Assembly (NCBI GenBank): GCA_041738755.1
Contig: JBGSPE010000011.1
Location: 6,658 to 70,657, forward strand
Origin: Minisyncoccia bacterium
Lineage (GTDB): Bacteria; Patescibacteriota; Minisyncoccia; Phycocordibacterales; UBA918
Direction of reading: 5' to 3'
Length of the DNA: 64,000 nucleotides
Positions within the stretch are counted from its first letter, which is position 1. Every line of letters starts with the position of its first letter. Below are positions 60,234-64,000 of this stretch, one piece after another. The position numbers and the translations under genes were made by a program. The notes beneath the pieces were generated by a model, which saw only the letters and a list, made by a program, of their open reading frames with translations, was not told the DNA's origin and searched no databases.

Positions 60234-60854
60234 ATGAACACGCAAAAAATCGTTATTGGTGATGGCAGCTTGGCAATCTACCGCAAGCCCCAGCCCGCTA
60301 TTTCTGAAGGCGGAAGGATGGCAACACACGCAGAACTCTTTACCGCCAATCTGGGCAAGCCGTTTCCGTGGGGAACACTCCCCCATGACAGCAATGCGCC
60401 TCTGCTCTGGAAAGACCGTCGCGTGGGCTACGGCGGACTGATCCACCATCAGTGGTTCGTTACGTCAGACGGTCGCTTCGGCGGCGCTGACAACGTCCCG
60501 ACTACCGGTCCAGGCGCTCTCCGCAACTCCCTACTGATCAATGGCGGTTGCGGCAGCGAGGCGGAAAACGAGGGCTACGCGGTAGTCGTCCAAACCGATG
60601 ATGCAACCCGACACATGTACCATAAGGTGCAGTTGCATGCCCTCGCGCACGTGGCGGCAGACGGTGGGCATATCATCGTCTCACCGATCCAGAATGGTGT
60701 GGTCTACGTGGGATTTGTCGGCCGCTGCCAACACTGTCCCAACGCGAAGGACATCTCCTTCAAGCAACTACAGGCGGCCTTACCTGACTTTGACTTCAAA
60801 CTTTTCCTTGAATGGGAAAACTGGGGAATCAGCTCAATCAGTCAAGCCGCGTAA
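60234..60854 (+). CDS. protein with C-terminal NifU/NfuA-like CxxC domain
   Basis: ADGG.I......GVVYV.F.G.CQHCP; AGGAG SD; GC-rich. Confidence 0.75.
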   Translation: MNTQKIVIGDGSLAIYRKPQPAISEGGRMATHAELFTANLGKPFPWGTLPHDSNAPLLWKDRRVGYGGLIHHQWFVTSDGRFGGADNVPTTGPGALRNSLLINGGCGSEAENEGYAVVVQTDDATRHMYHKVQLHALAHVAADGGHIIVSPIQNGVVYVGFVGRCQHCPNAKDISFKQLQAALPDFDFKLFLEWENWGISSISQAA

Positions 60855-61065
60855 ATCAACTTACTGCTTATGCAGGCCGTGGTGTATAGAAACATACACC
60901 ACGGTTTTTCTTTTATAAAAATATTTCCCTCGCCTCACTCAGCCACCCCAAACACATTTCCTCAAACTGGTTCCACCCGAGGGACAGTACGTGCCCATTG
61001 GCAAAAGAAAATACTTCCCTTGTGGAAGTATTTTCTTTTGTTAATAGTGGCTAAGAAAGTGACCT

Positions 61066-61098
61066 GCGTCACTTTCGTCCGGAATCGAACGCCGGAGC
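61066..61098. repeat. repeat copy 1 containing an inverted tRNA T-arm sequence
   Basis: GCGTCACTTTCGTCCGGAATCGAACGCCGGAGC; second copy at 62072-62104. Confidence 0.75.
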
Positions 61099-61194
61099 GA
61101 TGTGCGCTTGCAAACAAGTGAGGCGTGTCCCCGCGGCACCAGTTATTTTGTGAGGCATCGAAACAAAATAAGTTAGTGACCGTCAGGACGACTC

Positions 61195-61208
61195 CCCGGT
61201 AGCCGCCC
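61195..61208 (+). repeat. direct repeat of the tRNA-His 3' end (att-like)
   Basis: CCCGGTAGCCGCCC is identical to 59149-59162 and is preceded by CGACTC versus CGATT. Confidence 0.8.
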
Positions 61209-61269
61209 GGCAGAAACTCTAACCAGAAAAGCCCTCGTGAGAAGCTAGAACTGGTATACTACTATAGCT

Positions 61270-62016
61270 ATGGAAAGCATTACACCAGAAATTGAAGCTA
61301 AAAAATCACCTTTACATACAGTTACTCCACTGTCGAAATATCTGGCGATGGTTTTGTTTATTTTGCTGCCATTTGTTGGAGGTTGGATTGGATATACCTA
61401 TTCTCAAGAAAAAATAAGTGCAAAAGAACTAACAACAAATCCTGATGAATGGAATCTACCACAAAGTGATGATACTCAATACACTAATGAAATAGCACAA
61501 TTGAAACTATTACTTGCAAAAAAGTCTTTCCCTCAAACTGAAATGTTAAAGCCAGGTGATTTCCTTGGAGCATTTATAATCGAGTCTATAGATTATGAGA
61601 CAGAACGGAGTGGTGATGAGTATCAACATAGAGCAACCGTTAATTTAGTTGGTTCAACTACAATGAAAGGCAAAATACTTATTAGCACTGCTGATATGGG
61701 AGGTTCTGAATCTGGAAATACTGCATACACAATTACATTTCAACCTTCAAGTGAAGATAGTGAAGAAATTCCCTACCTAGAAGAGTTTATTCCCGGCAAA
61801 GATCAAAGTTTTTATATTGCAGGCCAAGAGCAATCTGAAATAGTTCGCAAAATTATTACAGATGCTGGTTGTGACGAAGATTTAACTATTTATTGCGTTG
61901 GTTTTGAGCCGACTAGTTCAGAAGAAGTTGAGATTGCTATCTCAGGGTTTAAATTATATGGCCAAAGTTATGCATCGGGAGTACCCAACCTACCAATTGC
62001 AACACTAGTTGAATAA
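61270..62016 (+). CDS. membrane-anchored hypothetical protein
   Basis: N-terminal VTPLSKYLAMVLFILLPF.G..IG anchor, AT-rich variable C-terminal part. Confidence 0.75.
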   Translation: MESITPEIEAKKSPLHTVTPLSKYLAMVLFILLPFVGGWIGYTYSQEKISAKELTTNPDEWNLPQSDDTQYTNEIAQLKLLLAKKSFPQTEMLKPGDFLGAFIIESIDYETERSGDEYQHRATVNLVGSTTMKGKILISTADMGGSESGNTAYTITFQPSSEDSEEIPYLEEFIPGKDQSFYIAGQEQSEIVRKIITDAGCDEDLTIYCVGFEPTSSEEVEIAISGFKLYGQSYASGVPNLPIATLVE

Positions 62017-62071
62017 TTGGAACATAAACACTCATGTGGTTTTTTGTTAACGGAAGAGGAGAAGGTGTCTA

Positions 62072-62104
62072 GCGTCACTTTCGTCCGTAATCGAACTGCG
62101 GAGC
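62072..62104. repeat. repeat copy 2
   Basis: GCGTCACTTTCGTCCGTAATCGAACTGCGGAGC, 30/33 identical to copy 1. Confidence 0.75.
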
Positions 62105-62269
62105 TATATTTATAAACGAGCCAGGGTGTAAGCAATATCAAAATAATGATCTTACGTACATATTTCAACTGACGCCTAACGGATTCTGTGTGTCCTAATT
62201 TTAAAGTTATATTTTAGACTTATTTTTTAGTTACTATTGTCCTTTATGGAACCCTGATATAATTTTTTA

Positions 62270-62965
62270 ATGAAACATAATAAATTCATAGGTTGGTGCC
62301 TAATACTTGGATCAATAGGGGTATTTATTCCATACACAATATTAACGATAATATTTAACTACCCCGACATTCTTCGCCTACCAGGTGGAGATATTCTCAC
62401 ACAATTTCATGCCGGAGGATCAACTCTTATTTTTACTTGGTTTGCTTTTGCCTTACTTGGAACACCTTTACTTTTAGCCTACATCCTTATTGGCCAGAAA
62501 TATGAAGCCCTAAATCCTCATATTCGATGGATTACCACCATAGGAGTTCTTTCAGCAATTTTACAAATGATTGGTCTGTTACGCTGGGTCTTTGTTGTTC
62601 CAGTATTAGCACAAAACTATATCGACGCTACCACTAATGAACTACGTGAATCAATTGTCATAGTATTCAATGCAGTACATCAATTTGGTGGAGTGTTACT
62701 TGGTGAACATCTAGGGCAACTTTTTACTATAATTTGGACCGTCGGGATTTCATTAGTGCTTTATCAGACACAAGTAATCAAAAAGTGGGTGGCTGTGTTT
62801 GGGGTAATCACCTCAACAATTTACTTTTTGGCGCAAGCAGAACTTTTTGCTACCGTTATACCTAATTTTCCCTACTTCGGTTTAGCAGGATTCATCGGTA
62901 GCACTCTTTGGCTGGTTTGGTTAATTATTTTGGGGGTCATATTTATTAAAGCTAATAAACATTAA
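62270..62965 (+). CDS. DUF4386-like membrane protein
   Basis: FNYPDILR, GLLRWVFVVP.LA, HQFGGVLLGEHLG. Confidence 0.75.
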   Translation: MKHNKFIGWCLILGSIGVFIPYTILTIIFNYPDILRLPGGDILTQFHAGGSTLIFTWFAFALLGTPLLLAYILIGQKYEALNPHIRWITTIGVLSAILQMIGLLRWVFVVPVLAQNYIDATTNELRESIVIVFNAVHQFGGVLLGEHLGQLFTIIWTVGISLVLYQTQVIKKWVAVFGVITSTIYFLAQAELFATVIPNFPYFGLAGFIGSTLWLVWLIILGVIFIKANKH

Positions 62966-63053
62966 TCTTACTTCTTCAAACAACCCAAAACATAAATTTT
63001 GAAACTGATTCAGCTCAGGAGGTCAATTCGTACCCTGATAGGAATCGTTGACT

Positions 63054-63623
63054 TTAATCAATTTCAATTACTGTTGTAGCAGGTAGTTTTTCTTTTATCA
63101 GTTCTAGGTCGGATGTTGCATATTCATTCCCTTTCAAATTAAGGATCTTGAGGTTAGAGAGGTTACCTAGCTCAAGAGGAAGTCCGGTAATGCGATTGTT
63201 AGAGAGATTCAGTTCCTCAAGCAGTTTTAACTGACCTATTTCAGCTGGCACTCCGGTGAACTGGTTGTTGGATAGGTCTAATACCTTGAGATTTTGCAGA
63301 AAGCGTATTTCTGCTTGCAATGAACCAGTAAGTTTGTTGTTCGATAGATTAAGTGTTTCAACCGTAGTTTCTTCAAATACGTACTTCGGTGTTTCAACAA
63401 GCCCCCTTCCACTTAGGTTCAGTGTCAATCCATTACTGACGTCAGGCTCAGTTTCATAAGGGTTAGGATTTATTTCTGATTCACTAAGCTCAGTCTCACT
63501 ACTATCACTCATTTCTGCCTCGATGGTTTCGGCACTACGGTAGGGTATATCTTTTGTCATCTGTTGATATGAAATTAAACCAACGCTGACAATAACTACT
63601 ACGAGGATGATTATTTTAAACAT
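63054..63623 (-). CDS. membrane-anchored leucine-rich repeat protein
   Basis: LxxLxLSNNxLxGxP repeats. Confidence 0.92.
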   Translation of the reverse strand: MFKIIILVVVIVSVGLISYQQMTKDIPYRSAETIEAEMSDSSETELSESEINPNPYETEPDVSNGLTLNLSGRGLVETPKYVFEETTVETLNLSNNKLTGSLQAEIRFLQNLKVLDLSNNQFTGVPAEIGQLKLLEELNLSNNRITGLPLELGNLSNLKILNLKGNEYATSDLELIKEKLPATTVIEID

Positions 63624-64000
63624 AGTATCTATTGTAGTACTTTGTAACGAAATAATATACACACTCACGACATCTAACCTCTCAAAGCAATTCTAACGTC
63701 TCCTACGGTATTACCCAATTTATTATTTACTTGCTCTAACTTTTAAAGTGTTTTTCTATACCAGGTATATCTAATAAATCTAATTTCTAAATGCAAGTGG
63801 ATTTAAAATAAATTAATCAAAGCATAATACAGTGGTACTGCTGGTACAGCTATCTGAGAAACGAAGAGTAAAAGTAAGTAATATTTCTTTTCTGGCAGAT
63901 AAAACCTCCTAAAGCTTGGGAGCGTTGAGTACTCTGCAAAAATCTTCTCAAAATTCCAAAAAGCTGAAAAAGTAATCTCAGCCATAATGAGTGCAACTGT

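Noticed and set aside
61180-61210. Second tRNA-His
   Set aside because: Only the 3' end matches; there is no D or anticodon arm.

Overview
Chromosomal segment of a small-genome bacterium using genetic code 11. Gene content and style suggest Patescibacteria/CPR (Parcubacteria-like); this is inference. Core genes present: tRNA-Pro, tRNA-His, ftsK, recA, efp, rpsF-ssb-rpsR, metG, glyS, recO, ileS, argS, glyA-thyA-dcd-folA, secE-nusG-rplK, nrdB-nrdA and mscL. The standout is a compact minus-strand CRISPR locus between argS and ileS (about 36150-38950). It has a 455-aa TnpB/Cas12-like protein that looks nuclease-dead (RuvC-I D->A, altered RuvC-II, no zinc finger or RuvC-III) and a 234-aa Cas1 with an intact catalytic core but no N-terminal domain. 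There is no cas2. A promoter drives an about 225-nt structured RNA with a short anti-repeat, followed by an array of 41-bp repeats with 31-32-bp spacers and a terminator. Other notable items: a RAYT transposase with REP palindromes sharing a 10-mer with the CRISPR repeat, a tRNA-His islet with tRNA-derived repeats, five microproteins including an orphan Flp pilin, domain insertions in IleRS and GlyRS, and an RNR with the ATP-cone on NrdB. All protein calls come from motif recognition by eye; no database searches were run.
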